Source: a virus (lineage: Duplodnaviria > Caudoviricetes). From it: a DNA stretch of 64,000 nt. The notes beneath the pieces are model-generated. The model had not been told where the DNA came from. It made no database searches and saw nothing but the letters and a program-made list of their open reading frames with translations. Positions 55,273 through 63,940 of this stretch are shown here, one piece after another (within the stretch, counting starts at the first letter, position 1; the number at the start of each line of letters is the position of its first letter). Both the position numbers and the translations under genes were made by a program. The stretch spans positions 18,872 to 82,871 of the IMG/VR virus record IMGVR_UViG_2602041664_000001, one strand, 5' to 3'.

Positions 55273-55531
55273 TATATAGGACCTCTGAAAAATTGGAAAA
55301 ATCGTGGAGATTTTCTGACCTACTGCCCGCTTCTTCTTAGAAATTATAAATTAGTTTTTGAGAGAGTCAAATGTCAAATAAGAAAACGTTTTTTATTATT
55401 AGAGATAGGTCGGTTCCTGACTATATGAATAATCTTTGAAAAGCTTGTGCGTGCAATGATTTTTGTTTATTTCAATATAAAGGAGGTTGAGACAATTCCT
55501 ATATATAGGACCTCTGAAAAATTGGAAAAAT
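55273..55531 (+). repeat. 30-bp direct repeat TATATAGGACCTCTGAAAAATTGGAAAAAT (55273, 55502); degenerate copy at 53861
   Basis: Two identical copies and one variant. Confidence 0.85.
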
Positions 55532-55662
55532 TTTAAGGATTTTGTTTGGCATTGCTCCCTTGAAAATAGAAAATGGTATTTATGCCTTTTATAGTAATAG
55601 AAAATAATTAGATATAATAACCCGTGAGGCGGAATAAAGGCTTCACACAAAAAGAAAAGAAT

Positions 55663-55998
55663 ATGAAACAGACTGACAAGATTTTGATTGCTTTAGGCTT
55701 TGTAGCTTCTGGCTCTGACTTTGATGAGAAGTTTGAGAATTTTGCTTCTAACTTTGGTGTTCAGTGGAGACCTTCAGACTTATGCGATGCAATTTCAATG
55801 AGTGTAGACAATAATAGTGCAGTGCGTAATTCTTTAGTTTCTATTATGTGGGATCGCGTTGTATCTCATTTTGTTGACAAAGGACTTTGCTCGGAACTCT
55901 TTGACTATTACATCAACGGCTCAATTGATACTCATTTCTATTATGATGGTGTAGAAGTCTTTTGCGCAGACGACTTAGAAGAATACGTAACGGATTAG
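55663..55998 (+). CDS. Hypothetical early protein
   Basis: ATG after hairpin and A-rich leader. Confidence 0.7.
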   Translation: MKQTDKILIALGFVASGSDFDEKFENFASNFGVQWRPSDLCDAISMSVDNNSAVRNSLVSIMWDRVVSHFVDKGLCSELFDYYINGSIDTHFYYDGVEVFCADDLEEYVTD

Positions 55999-56114
55999 TT
56001 TATTTCGTGCTCATAGTGAGTATTTGATGAAAGGAGAACTCATAACGCTTATATAAGGCGTAACAATATTTAGATTTCATTTTTCATAGTTTTTGTTTTT
56101 AGCCGTGTGGATTT

Positions 56115-56149
56115 TGTCCCACGGCTTTTTTTATTATTTCTTACCTTTG
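56115..56149 (+). promoter_or_regulatory. Phage-type promoter TGTCC-N22-TACCTTTG overlapping a terminator hairpin (56101-56131)
   Basis: Same spacing; AGCCGTG...CACGGCTTTTTTT. Confidence 0.65.
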
Positions 56150-56189
56150 AGTATGAATATCAGAGGACCACCATATTGTTCGTTTTCAT

Positions 56190-56247
56190 AAAGTATATAC
56201 TTTACGCTGCTAAGGTATATACTTTAAGTTGGTAAAGTATATACTTT
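56190..56247. repeat. Array C2: three AA(A/G)GTATATACTTT palindromes, 22-bp period
   Basis: Copies start at 56190, 56212 (AAGG variant), 56234. Confidence 0.9.
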
Positions 56248-56288
56248 ATTTTAAGCAGCTATTTTTTACGCCAAAAAACAATAAGATT

Positions 56289-56825
56289 ATGGCTGGTAAA
56301 AATATTAATTATACAGTCGTTGAGCGTACGTCTCCGATTAGTAAGAAACATTATGTGATGTCTCAGGTTATACCTACAGGCTCACTCAGTTTTGAACAAC
56401 TTTGCGAGGATGCCTGTCAAGGCACTACGCTCGACCCGCTGGAGATGCAGACGGCGGTAAAGTTCTATATGAAGGCAGCACAGAAGAATTTGCTTCGAGG
56501 CTTTCGAGTTCCTTTAGGACCTTCGTTCTTAATCCTCTATCCTAAGTTGGAGATGAGTGTGACGGATAAGGATGGTAAAGTTGCAAAACTGGAGGATGTG
56601 ACGGCTGCTAAAGCCCACCCTACTCTGGCTTGTACTGTTGCACCTAATTATAGTCGTGCTTTTCGTATGGCGGCATCTTTCCAACGTGTAACGCCTAAGG
56701 GAGTTGTTGTGCCTGAGCCTGGAGAGGATATTAACGAGGATAACAAGAAGGGGGACCCTACCACAGGAGGCGGTGGCGGTACTGAAGGAGGAACACCAGT
56801 GCCAGGGAATACGATTGAGGGCTAA
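56289..56825 (+). CDS. HU-related DNA-binding protein, paralogue 3, Gly-rich tail
   Basis: LSFEQLCEDACQGTTL...LLRGFRVPLG...LYPKL; similar to paralogue 2. Confidence 0.85.
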   Translation: MAGKNINYTVVERTSPISKKHYVMSQVIPTGSLSFEQLCEDACQGTTLDPLEMQTAVKFYMKAAQKNLLRGFRVPLGPSFLILYPKLEMSVTDKDGKVAKLEDVTAAKAHPTLACTVAPNYSRAFRMAASFQRVTPKGVVVPEPGEDINEDNKKGDPTTGGGGGTEGGTPVPGNTIEG

Positions 56826-56902
56826 AAGGTTGTTACGAGCTTTCTCGTAGTCCTGTAGTCTGTTTTGTGTTCCCTTGCTTGTTATGCTTATTCTCTTTTA
56901 TT

Positions 56903-56937
56903 ACGGGGCTGATACATAAGGTATCGATCCCGTTTTT
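56903..56937 (+). terminator. Rho-independent terminator
   Basis: ACGGGG-CTGATAC...GTATCGATCCCG-TTTTT. Confidence 0.6.
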
Positions 56938-57010
56938 CTTAAATAATAGTGTCTGTTTTATTGGTGTTTATATAAAAGTTTTATTTTTAGTGAAAATATT
57001 AGCTTAAAAG

Positions 57011-57042
57011 TTTGGAACGTACATTCTTTTTGCTTACCTTTG
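57011..57042 (+). promoter_or_regulatory. Host-type promoter TTTG-N20-TACCTTTG
   Basis: Canonical -33/-7. Confidence 0.65.
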
Positions 57043-57104
57043 CATCAGTTAATAAACAACTAATATTTAATAGTCGAGCTGAGCTTGACACAAAAGAAAG
57101 TAAA

Positions 57105-57974
57105 ATGAAAATCGAGTTAAATTCATCTATTTGTCCACTGGTTGATTTTTCAACCTATGAGACGCCTTTATCTGCATCTTTTTTTGAAGACTATGGTCGT
57201 GATTGCATAGGTGATTTTGAAACAGTTAGCGTTAATCAGGACGATGTTGACGTTGTGATTATGGAGAAAGTTGCTGCTGTTATGCAGGACGATATAGCAC
57301 CAGTGTTGGTTGAGTATGGTGTAAAGTCAATCAATATTGGTGAACTTTGTAGACCTAAGGAATATAATTTTAGACATGATAGTTTTGATTTTTCGGTTGA
57401 AATGAAAGAAGACTGGAAGGTATGTGCTATCACTTTCTTAGAAAAGAATCTACAGAATAAAAAACTGTGTAATTATATACAGGAAAATTGGGTGTCTCGT
57501 TCTGGATTTTGGTCTTTTATGCCTAAGAGTATAGAGGAGATTATTTCAGCTCTAAAAGGAAATGATACACGTTATACGGATGATTATCTACTCGGTGCCT
57601 ATCTTACTTTGGTAGGGTTAGAAACAGACGTTCTGATGCCTTGTCAAGTGTTTGAAGATATGGTCTTTGATGAGATTACTGAAAATACTTATTTAACGGT
57701 TCCTTATTGCTATATTCCTGAAGATTGGATGGAACTTTATAACGATGATGCTGCTGTCGACGAACTTTATTATAACTTGTTGGATAAGATTGGTCATGTT
57801 TGGCGTGGAATGAATGCAATTTATGATACACAGAGTTGCGAATCTTATGATTGCAATGACAATGCTTCACGTATGATAGCGTGGGCAATGAAAAATAACA
57901 TAAGTGTAGAAGACGCACAGGATATTGCTGCTGGGCGTAAGGTTTATGAATATGGAATGTTGATGTATGCTTAA
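57105..57974 (+). CDS. Acidic hypothetical protein (PKEYNF..D, SRSGFWSF motifs)
   Basis: ATG after hairpin and A-rich leader. Confidence 0.75.
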   Translation: MKIELNSSICPLVDFSTYETPLSASFFEDYGRDCIGDFETVSVNQDDVDVVIMEKVAAVMQDDIAPVLVEYGVKSINIGELCRPKEYNFRHDSFDFSVEMKEDWKVCAITFLEKNLQNKKLCNYIQENWVSRSGFWSFMPKSIEEIISALKGNDTRYTDDYLLGAYLTLVGLETDVLMPCQVFEDMVFDEITENTYLTVPYCYIPEDWMELYNDDAAVDELYYNLLDKIGHVWRGMNAIYDTQSCESYDCNDNASRMIAWAMKNNISVEDAQDIAAGRKVYEYGMLMYA

Positions 57975-58329
57975 AGAATATGATTTTAGATATTCGGTTC
58001 ACGAGGTGGACGGAAAATCATTTGAACTAATAGAATGTAAGACTTGGCCATGCTTGAATGTTCAGGTGCTGGACACTACTCCAGAACGATTTGCTGAAGA
58101 TGTGGCAGCCGTTAAAGCTCGTTCGATGTGTGGATATACAGAGGAGGATAAAACTTTCATCTTAAAACATGCAGGGGGTGAAGGAAATGGAGAACTTAAA
58201 CAGAGTAATCTGGATGAGATCTATGACGGAATGGTTGAGATAATGAAAGCTGCTGTAAAATGGTGGCAGCTGAACCGCCTGAAATTGAGAAATCCAAAAA
58301 TGGCTTTTTGGTCGGACGTGGCAAAATAA
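57967..58329 (+). CDS. Hypothetical protein
   Basis: 120-aa ORF. Confidence 0.7.
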   Translation: MLKEYDFRYSVHEVDGKSFELIECKTWPCLNVQVLDTTPERFAEDVAAVKARSMCGYTEEDKTFILKHAGGEGNGELKQSNLDEIYDGMVEIMKAAVKWWQLNRLKLRNPKMAFWSDVAK

Positions 58330-58390
58330 GTTTTATTAAGTTTATAGAATATCATAAATAGCTGACCTAACGGCTTGACGGGGAAAGAAT

Positions 58391-59137
58391 ATGAGAGACT
58401 ATACTTCATTTATCGGAACCAATGGCAGAGAGGTTTGTCGTATGTCTGGTACTCCAAAGAAAATTGCTGCCTTTGAAAATAGAGCAGAGAACGCAGAGGT
58501 TGTTGAAATCGGACGTTATTTTTCTTCTTCATCTATTTGGCCAGAAGACGTTATTTATTTGAGGAAGGTAGACGGTCGTTGGCAGTCGGGACTGAAGAAA
58601 GGATATAAAGGGTATTTCCTTTATTATCTTAAACCATTGAAAATTAATTTTTCTTTGGTTCGTGAAGATATTTCTGAGGAGGAAGGTAATAAGGCTATCA
58701 AGGACGCTGCACCTGAATTGATAGATAGTGCTGCTAAGGTTGTTGTCTGGTGTGATAAGAAAGATGAGACGGACGAGGACGGTCGTTATTGGTTGTCTGC
58801 CTATCAAGGTGCAGGTGTTTATCGTCTCATTGTTGCTGGTGGTAAGATCCGCGGTGCTATTTATGGAGGGTTTCATAACTGTCGTAAAAGTTCTCGAGTA
58901 TCAGCATTTGGAGACTTGGTTTTTAAGGAAGCTTTGATATTAGCCGTTGAGAAAGAACTTGGTACGTCTGACTTTCATCTTCTGAAGGCTGATGGTAGCG
59001 GTACATATTTTTTCTTACGCAATCAAGAAGATAGTATTTATCTTGAGACGAAAGAGTATGACGTTCCAATGGCAGATGGTACGGGGTGGCATCATAACAT
59101 AGAAATTCAATCATCGCTAATAAGCGTGAGAAAATAA
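58391..59137 (+). CDS. Hypothetical protein
   Basis: 248-aa ORF preceded by the AGCTG motif. Confidence 0.75.
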   Translation: MRDYTSFIGTNGREVCRMSGTPKKIAAFENRAENAEVVEIGRYFSSSSIWPEDVIYLRKVDGRWQSGLKKGYKGYFLYYLKPLKINFSLVREDISEEEGNKAIKDAAPELIDSAAKVVVWCDKKDETDEDGRYWLSAYQGAGVYRLIVAGGKIRGAIYGGFHNCRKSSRVSAFGDLVFKEALILAVEKELGTSDFHLLKADGSGTYFFLRNQEDSIYLETKEYDVPMADGTGWHHNIEIQSSLISVRK

Positions 59138-59194
59138 TTGGAAAATATTAAAAAAATAAATAGCTGACCTATCCGGCTTTACGGGGAATGGAAA

Positions 59195-59596
59195 ATGAAA
59201 AGATACACATTTAATGTTACCTTATCGAATGGAAACGAGATTCACGTTAATTCGGTTGGTAAGGATAAGGAGGATGCTATAGAGCGGTTTATGTCGCTGC
59301 CAAAAACTATTGAGTTTATTGGTAAGGCTACTGTTACGGCTGCTCGCCTTGTGAAAGAGGAGGAAATTACTTTATCAGCCTTTAATCGCTTCATTCTACA
59401 GAGTAGTAAAAACAAAGGCTGGTGGGTTGTAGGTGATCCTGAAGGAACTTTTGTAGTTCGTTTCAAGGAGGGTGAGTTTAATGAAACTCGAGAGATAACT
59501 TACTTACAAGATAGTCCTATGGACGCACTGGAGGAAGCACGTGTTTTGCGTGAGATACCAGAGTGGTTGCAGGCTTATCATTCGGAAGTGCTTTAG
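59195..59596 (+). CDS. Hypothetical protein
   Basis: 133-aa ORF preceded by the AGCTG motif. Confidence 0.75.
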   Translation: MKRYTFNVTLSNGNEIHVNSVGKDKEDAIERFMSLPKTIEFIGKATVTAARLVKEEEITLSAFNRFILQSSKNKGWWVVGDPEGTFVVRFKEGEFNETREITYLQDSPMDALEEARVLREIPEWLQAYHSEVL

Positions 59597-59617
59597 AAAA
59601 TATAAAAAGTTCATATC

Positions 59618-59782
59618 ATGGATGTTTATTGTGTGCAGGAAACAATAGGCGGGTGGAAACAAACGCCTGTGTTTGAGGGAACTTTTGACGAGTGTCAGGA
59701 TTTTCTTGAGACTAATTGCGATTATAGTCGTTCTTCATTTGCGATAGTAAATAAGGACGTTCTTAAGATAGATTATTTATAA
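59618..59782 (+). CDS. Small hypothetical protein (54 aa)
   Basis: MDVYCVQETIGGWKQTPVFEGTFDECQDFL..., hand-translated. Confidence 0.55.
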   Translation: MDVYCVQETIGGWKQTPVFEGTFDECQDFLETNCDYSRSSFAIVNKDVLKIDYL

Positions 59783-59821
59783 ACATAAAAAGCTGGGCTA
59801 TCGGCGTGACGGGCAAAATGT

Positions 59822-60628
59822 ATGGAAAATAATAATAAAGAGAATAAAAAATTGACAGCATTGCCTGTTTGGATGCCTAATGCTTGTCCGAAGTTTAACG
59901 ACAATATGCAGGCAAATTCGCCCTTTATCGTGACGCGTGAGATGACACGTACAGATTTAGGATTAAGTATTATAGGAACGAGATACCCACGTATGGTTGC
60001 ACGGTATGTCTCATTTCCTACGCAGCGTGGTATTACACGAGTACGGAAAGACGGTACTACTACGCAGGCGCAAATCGCTGAGGAAGGTCGACGGGCTTAT
60101 CTTGATGCTCGTGCCTTGGCTATTGAGAATGGACGTGAGGCTGCAAAGCGGGGTATAACAGTAAAGGAGTATATCGAGGACATTCTTGGTCGTGTTTATG
60201 ATGAAGAGTATGATGAACCACGTCCTGTCGCAAAGGTGCCAGGCTTAAACGCTTACCTTGAATTACGTGGATGTATGGATGATTTGAAGGGTAAAGAGGT
60301 AGATTGGTCAGGTGTTCTTCACCAGTTGGGTTTGATGGCTGAATGGGCACAGAACATCTGGATACATAGAGATCGTAAGTATCGCGCTTCACGTCTTGAA
60401 GACCTTCAGCCGCTTGATGAATGGGAGGAGGAGTATGACCCATCCGTTTCTCCAATGCTTTATCCTAAGCGTGGTATTGGTTTGACCGAGGTGGATTATT
60501 CTCGCCGTCCAGAACTCTTACACGTGAAAACATCACGTGAAACAGGTATTACGAAAGAGCGCATTGCAGAGATTAAGGCGGAACGTCAGCATAGGGCTGA
60601 TATGAACGCTATGGGCTTTAAGGAGTAA
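59822..60628 (+). CDS. Hypothetical protein
   Basis: 268-aa ORF preceded by the AGCTG motif. Confidence 0.75.
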   Translation: MENNNKENKKLTALPVWMPNACPKFNDNMQANSPFIVTREMTRTDLGLSIIGTRYPRMVARYVSFPTQRGITRVRKDGTTTQAQIAEEGRRAYLDARALAIENGREAAKRGITVKEYIEDILGRVYDEEYDEPRPVAKVPGLNAYLELRGCMDDLKGKEVDWSGVLHQLGLMAEWAQNIWIHRDRKYRASRLEDLQPLDEWEEEYDPSVSPMLYPKRGIGLTEVDYSRRPELLHVKTSRETGITKERIAEIKAERQHRADMNAMGFKE

Positions 60629-61127
60629 AGGAATGGGGATAGGTATCAGCTTTATACTGCTGCTCTTCCCCTACCCTTCCCTTGACAGAAAAGCAAGAAG
60701 CAGGATATGACTCCCTATTAGAACTACAGGATAGGTTCAGATATATCCTTGGTTGACAGTTTAGGCACACTGCTTGATACTCTCTCATGTAGTAATGTCT
60801 ATGCTTGTTACACCGATAGATGTCATTTACCCTCTATCTTGATTACAAATCCTTTCCAATTTGTAATGAATTGGAATGATTTTGAGCTCTCTTTGCTCCT
60901 GTCGCTACCATACTTACCGAACTCTTCGTGAAGGATATTCTTAAGTTTTCATCTTCTTACAATAAGAAATAAATATATTAAATATAAAAATATTTTCGTA
61001 CATACGTACTTTTGTACTTTTCTTTATATAAAAATAATAAACATATTATATTACTTATTAGAAAGCGAGTTTATTAATTAACTCGTTATTAATATATTAT
61101 TATACAAATCTATTAAACTAATCATTT

Positions 61128-62009
61128 ATGAAAAAGGTTGTTTATTTTGCAGTATTGGTAGTTGTATTACTATCTGCTTGCAGTAGTGAGAGTGATTCAC
61201 GCATAAAAGTGCCTGTTACACAGCAGAATACGATTACTTTCTTGTGTAATGGTTTTACGAAACGAACGGAGAATATGGCTAAGACAGTCGTTACTCGTGC
61301 TTCTGAAACAACGTCCTTGACAGCAGATGGTATCGGTATGACCGACCTGTGGTTGTTCGATTATGTAGGAGGAGAACTGAAACAGACGATACATCAGGTT
61401 GCTACTGATGATGACTTTGGTAAGCCTTCTGTTAAGCTTGACTATGGTCAGCATATCATTCGTATTGTCGCCTCTCGTGGAAATCACCCTACTCTATCGT
61501 CTGATATTATCACATGGGAGAAGGCAAGTGATACCTTTGCTAAAGAGGTTAATGTGAGTGTTGCTTCGGGAATGGAAACTATACAGCGTATTACACTGGA
61601 ACGTGTTGCCACGCGTTTGAATGTTAAGATCACAGACGTTGTACCCCCGTCAGCTGCTACCCTGGACTTAGAACTTGCGACATGGTATAAGTCGCTTAGC
61701 GTTCCTTCGCTCTTTGCTGTCAATGATAATGCGACACATTATAGCATTAATATTAAGAAATTCGTAGGAACAAAGGATGCTTCCTTGGCGGTATATTCAT
61801 TATCACCTTCAGCAGAATCGTGGAGTACGAATGTAACATTGGTGGCTAAAGATGAAGACGGAAAGGTGCTTTCACAAATTGTTGTACCTTCTGTACAGAT
61901 GAAAATGAACCGTACAACAGTCCTCTCTGGCGAACTATTTGGGAAAAGTAAACAGATGACTTTTACTCTTAACACACAATGGAACGAAGATTATGCACAG
62001 AATTTCTGA
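61128..62009 (+). CDS. Type V pilin/fimbrillin-like (FimB/Mfa2-like) lipoprotein
   Basis: LSAC lipobox, TRA processing-like site, LERVATRLNV, MKMNRTTVLSGELF, C-terminal NTQW. Confidence 0.75.
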   Translation: MKKVVYFAVLVVVLLSACSSESDSRIKVPVTQQNTITFLCNGFTKRTENMAKTVVTRASETTSLTADGIGMTDLWLFDYVGGELKQTIHQVATDDDFGKPSVKLDYGQHIIRIVASRGNHPTLSSDIITWEKASDTFAKEVNVSVASGMETIQRITLERVATRLNVKITDVVPPSAATLDLELATWYKSLSVPSLFAVNDNATHYSINIKKFVGTKDASLAVYSLSPSAESWSTNVTLVAKDEDGKVLSQIVVPSVQMKMNRTTVLSGELFGKSKQMTFTLNTQWNEDYAQNF

Positions 62010-62583
62010 TTATTTATACTTTAAGGCTTGCTGTCGAGTGTTTTGCTCGACAGCTGTAGCCACGTTCCTTCTCTTTGGATGCGAAAAGCCTTATACTGAC
62101 TTAGAAACTTCTACTAAACATCATCAGAGCCATAGTGGCGACAAAAAGGGAACAGATAGCTTAAATACACAGCGTGAAATTTTCTTATTTAAGAATGATA
62201 CAGCCTCTTTTTATGTTGCCAGTTTGGAACTCTATCCGCTTCAATATGACGATATAAGCAGGCTATATCAATCCGTATGCAGGCGTATATCACCTTATCG
62301 GTTACCAACAAAGAACGAAGCTTTACTCTTACGTTGTCATACTTTGCCTAATGGATGGTGGGGTGGGAAGCGTTGTTTATGTGTTGATAACATTGGAGAT
62401 AGGGGATATGAAACTCAGACTTTCTACTCTTTTCGGTGGGGTGGAGGTGTTATTACACCTATCGGAATACGTACACAATACGCTATAAAACCTATTCGTA
62501 CACAACGCTTTACATCGAAAGAGCAAAGTCACTCGATAGATATAAACGAAAAATGGAAACATAATTATTATATAGACTTCTAA
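61993..62583 (+). CDS. Lipoprotein, possible pilin partner
   Basis: LFGCEK lipobox, YRLPT..EA motif, C-terminal DINEKW like the upstream gene. Confidence 0.6.
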   Translation: MHRISDYLYFKACCRVFCSTAVATFLLFGCEKPYTDLETSTKHHQSHSGDKKGTDSLNTQREIFLFKNDTASFYVASLELYPLQYDDISRLYQSVCRRISPYRLPTKNEALLLRCHTLPNGWWGGKRCLCVDNIGDRGYETQTFYSFRWGGGVITPIGIRTQYAIKPIRTQRFTSKEQSHSIDINEKWKHNYYIDF

Positions 62584-62585
62584 AC

Positions 62586-62625
62586 AAGTATTTTAATACG
62601 TATATATTTTAGTACGAAAGTATTT
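62586..62625. repeat. 8-bp-period AT-rich array upstream of parA; candidate centromere/operator
   Basis: AAGTATTT-TAATACGT-ATATATTT-TAGTACGA-AAGTATTT; related inverted array at 60990-61021. Confidence 0.45.
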
Positions 62626-62691
62626 TTATAACAACAAAGCATATTATTAAATTATATTTTTTACTATAAATAAAACTTTTAAGTAAAATAG

Positions 62692-62723
62692 TTTGGTAGT
62701 GTTGACAAAATATAGTATTTTTG
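62692..62723 (+). promoter_or_regulatory. Host-type promoter TTTG-N20-TATTTTTG for the par operon
   Basis: Canonical spacing. Confidence 0.6.
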
Positions 62724-62772
62724 CAAGTGATATATTCACAGTGCTTCTTGTAGAACGAATTGAAAATAAAAT

Positions 62773-63609
62773 ATGGGTAAACTTAAAGAAGTGTTGGCGT
62801 TTGTCAACAACAAGGGTGGGGTAGGGAAGACTACTACCGTCCAGAGTGTAGCCGCAGGCATTCTGCGTCTGAATAAGAAGGCTAAAGTCTTGTGTATTGA
62901 CCTCGACCCACAAGGTAACATGTCGTTCCTAATGGGATGGGAGAAGGTAAAGGCTGACTATTCTCCTGCTCTTACCGTGGCAGATGCCTTACGTGATGGC
63001 AGTAATAACTCCTTACCAGTCTACAAGAAGAGTGATCGCTGGTATTACGTGCCTGCCTCTTCACTGTTGAATAGTATAGACCCTGATTTACATCGTCAGA
63101 TGCAATCAAAGTTGGTTCTGTGTCAACTTTTCGGTAATGAGTTTACAGATATGTCTGGTGACTTTAATGAAGGCCCACGTTGGATTAGTGAAGCGTTCGA
63201 TTATGTCCTTATAGATTGTGCTCCGTCGCTATCTGAACTTACTTATAATGCTCTTGGTGCTTCTACCGGCGTTATCATTCCTGTACAGTTAGAGGGGCTT
63301 TCTGTGAGTGGTATAGGTAAAATCCTTAAAGCGTGTAAGGATGTTCGCAAGATGTTGAACCCCGATCTTGAAGTGAGAGGTCTGTTACTTGCTATGGCTG
63401 ACGAACGCACCAACATGACTAAGGACATGGTGAAGTATCTCCGTGATACTTACGATGAGATTGTTTTTGATACTCGCATCCGTCGTTGTGTTAAGGTAGC
63501 CGAGGCGCAGCTTCAGTTACGCAACATCTTTGAGTATGCGCCTTATTGTACCGCAGGAATTGATTACGAGGCGTTTGTAAAAGAATTAAAGAAAACATAT
63601 AAAGCATAA
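62773..63609 (+). CDS. parA: ParA partition ATPase
   Basis: NNKGGVGKTTT, IDLDPQGN, DYVLIDCAPS. Confidence 0.95.
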   Translation: MGKLKEVLAFVNNKGGVGKTTTVQSVAAGILRLNKKAKVLCIDLDPQGNMSFLMGWEKVKADYSPALTVADALRDGSNNSLPVYKKSDRWYYVPASSLLNSIDPDLHRQMQSKLVLCQLFGNEFTDMSGDFNEGPRWISEAFDYVLIDCAPSLSELTYNALGASTGVIIPVQLEGLSVSGIGKILKACKDVRKMLNPDLEVRGLLLAMADERTNMTKDMVKYLRDTYDEIVFDTRIRRCVKVAEAQLQLRNIFEYAPYCTAGIDYEAFVKELKKTYKA

Positions 63610-63613
63610 AGTT

Positions 63614-63940
63614 ATGGGAAAAGATTACGGTAAGCGTTTGAAGGTCGGAGAGACACCTATGATTACGCAGACAGAGAATTATATGGAAAAAGAAGTCTTA
63701 TCTACTGAGGGGAATGTAACTAATGTTGCTACGCCAACAGTGGCACAACCTATGGCTCCAATCGGTAACTATGCACAACGCCTTGCAGGTCGTCAGCAAA
63801 CGAAGGGTATTGTTATTGATATGCCCGTTGACATTTATCGTCGTTTGCGTGATGTAAAGGACTATCTTCCTGGTGAGACATTGAAGTCTCTCGCTCTCCG
63901 AGCTGTCGTTGAGTTCGTTGAACGTAATAAAGTAAAATAG
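63614..63940 (+). CDS. Small ParA partner, probable ribbon-helix-helix centromere-binding protein
   Basis: Flexible N-terminus, C-terminal IVIDMPVDIYRRL...TLKSLALRAVVEFV. Confidence 0.65.
   Translation: MGKDYGKRLKVGETPMITQTENYMEKEVLSTEGNVTNVATPTVAQPMAPIGNYAQRLAGRQQTKGIVIDMPVDIYRRLRDVKDYLPGETLKSLALRAVVEFVERNKVK

Noticed and set aside
56229-56288. N-terminal extension of HU-3 from TTG 56229 (likewise track starts at 52304, 55624, 57012)
   Set aside because: These starts lie within repeat arrays, hairpins or promoters; downstream ATGs have typical A-rich leaders
60630-60960. ORF 60749-60931 and minus-strand fragments
   Set aside because: No recognisable motif or convincing start; possibly a decayed gene
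114-63428. Numerous short antisense ORFs in the track overlapping long genes
   Set aside because: Shadow ORFs without motifs, opposite well-supported genes
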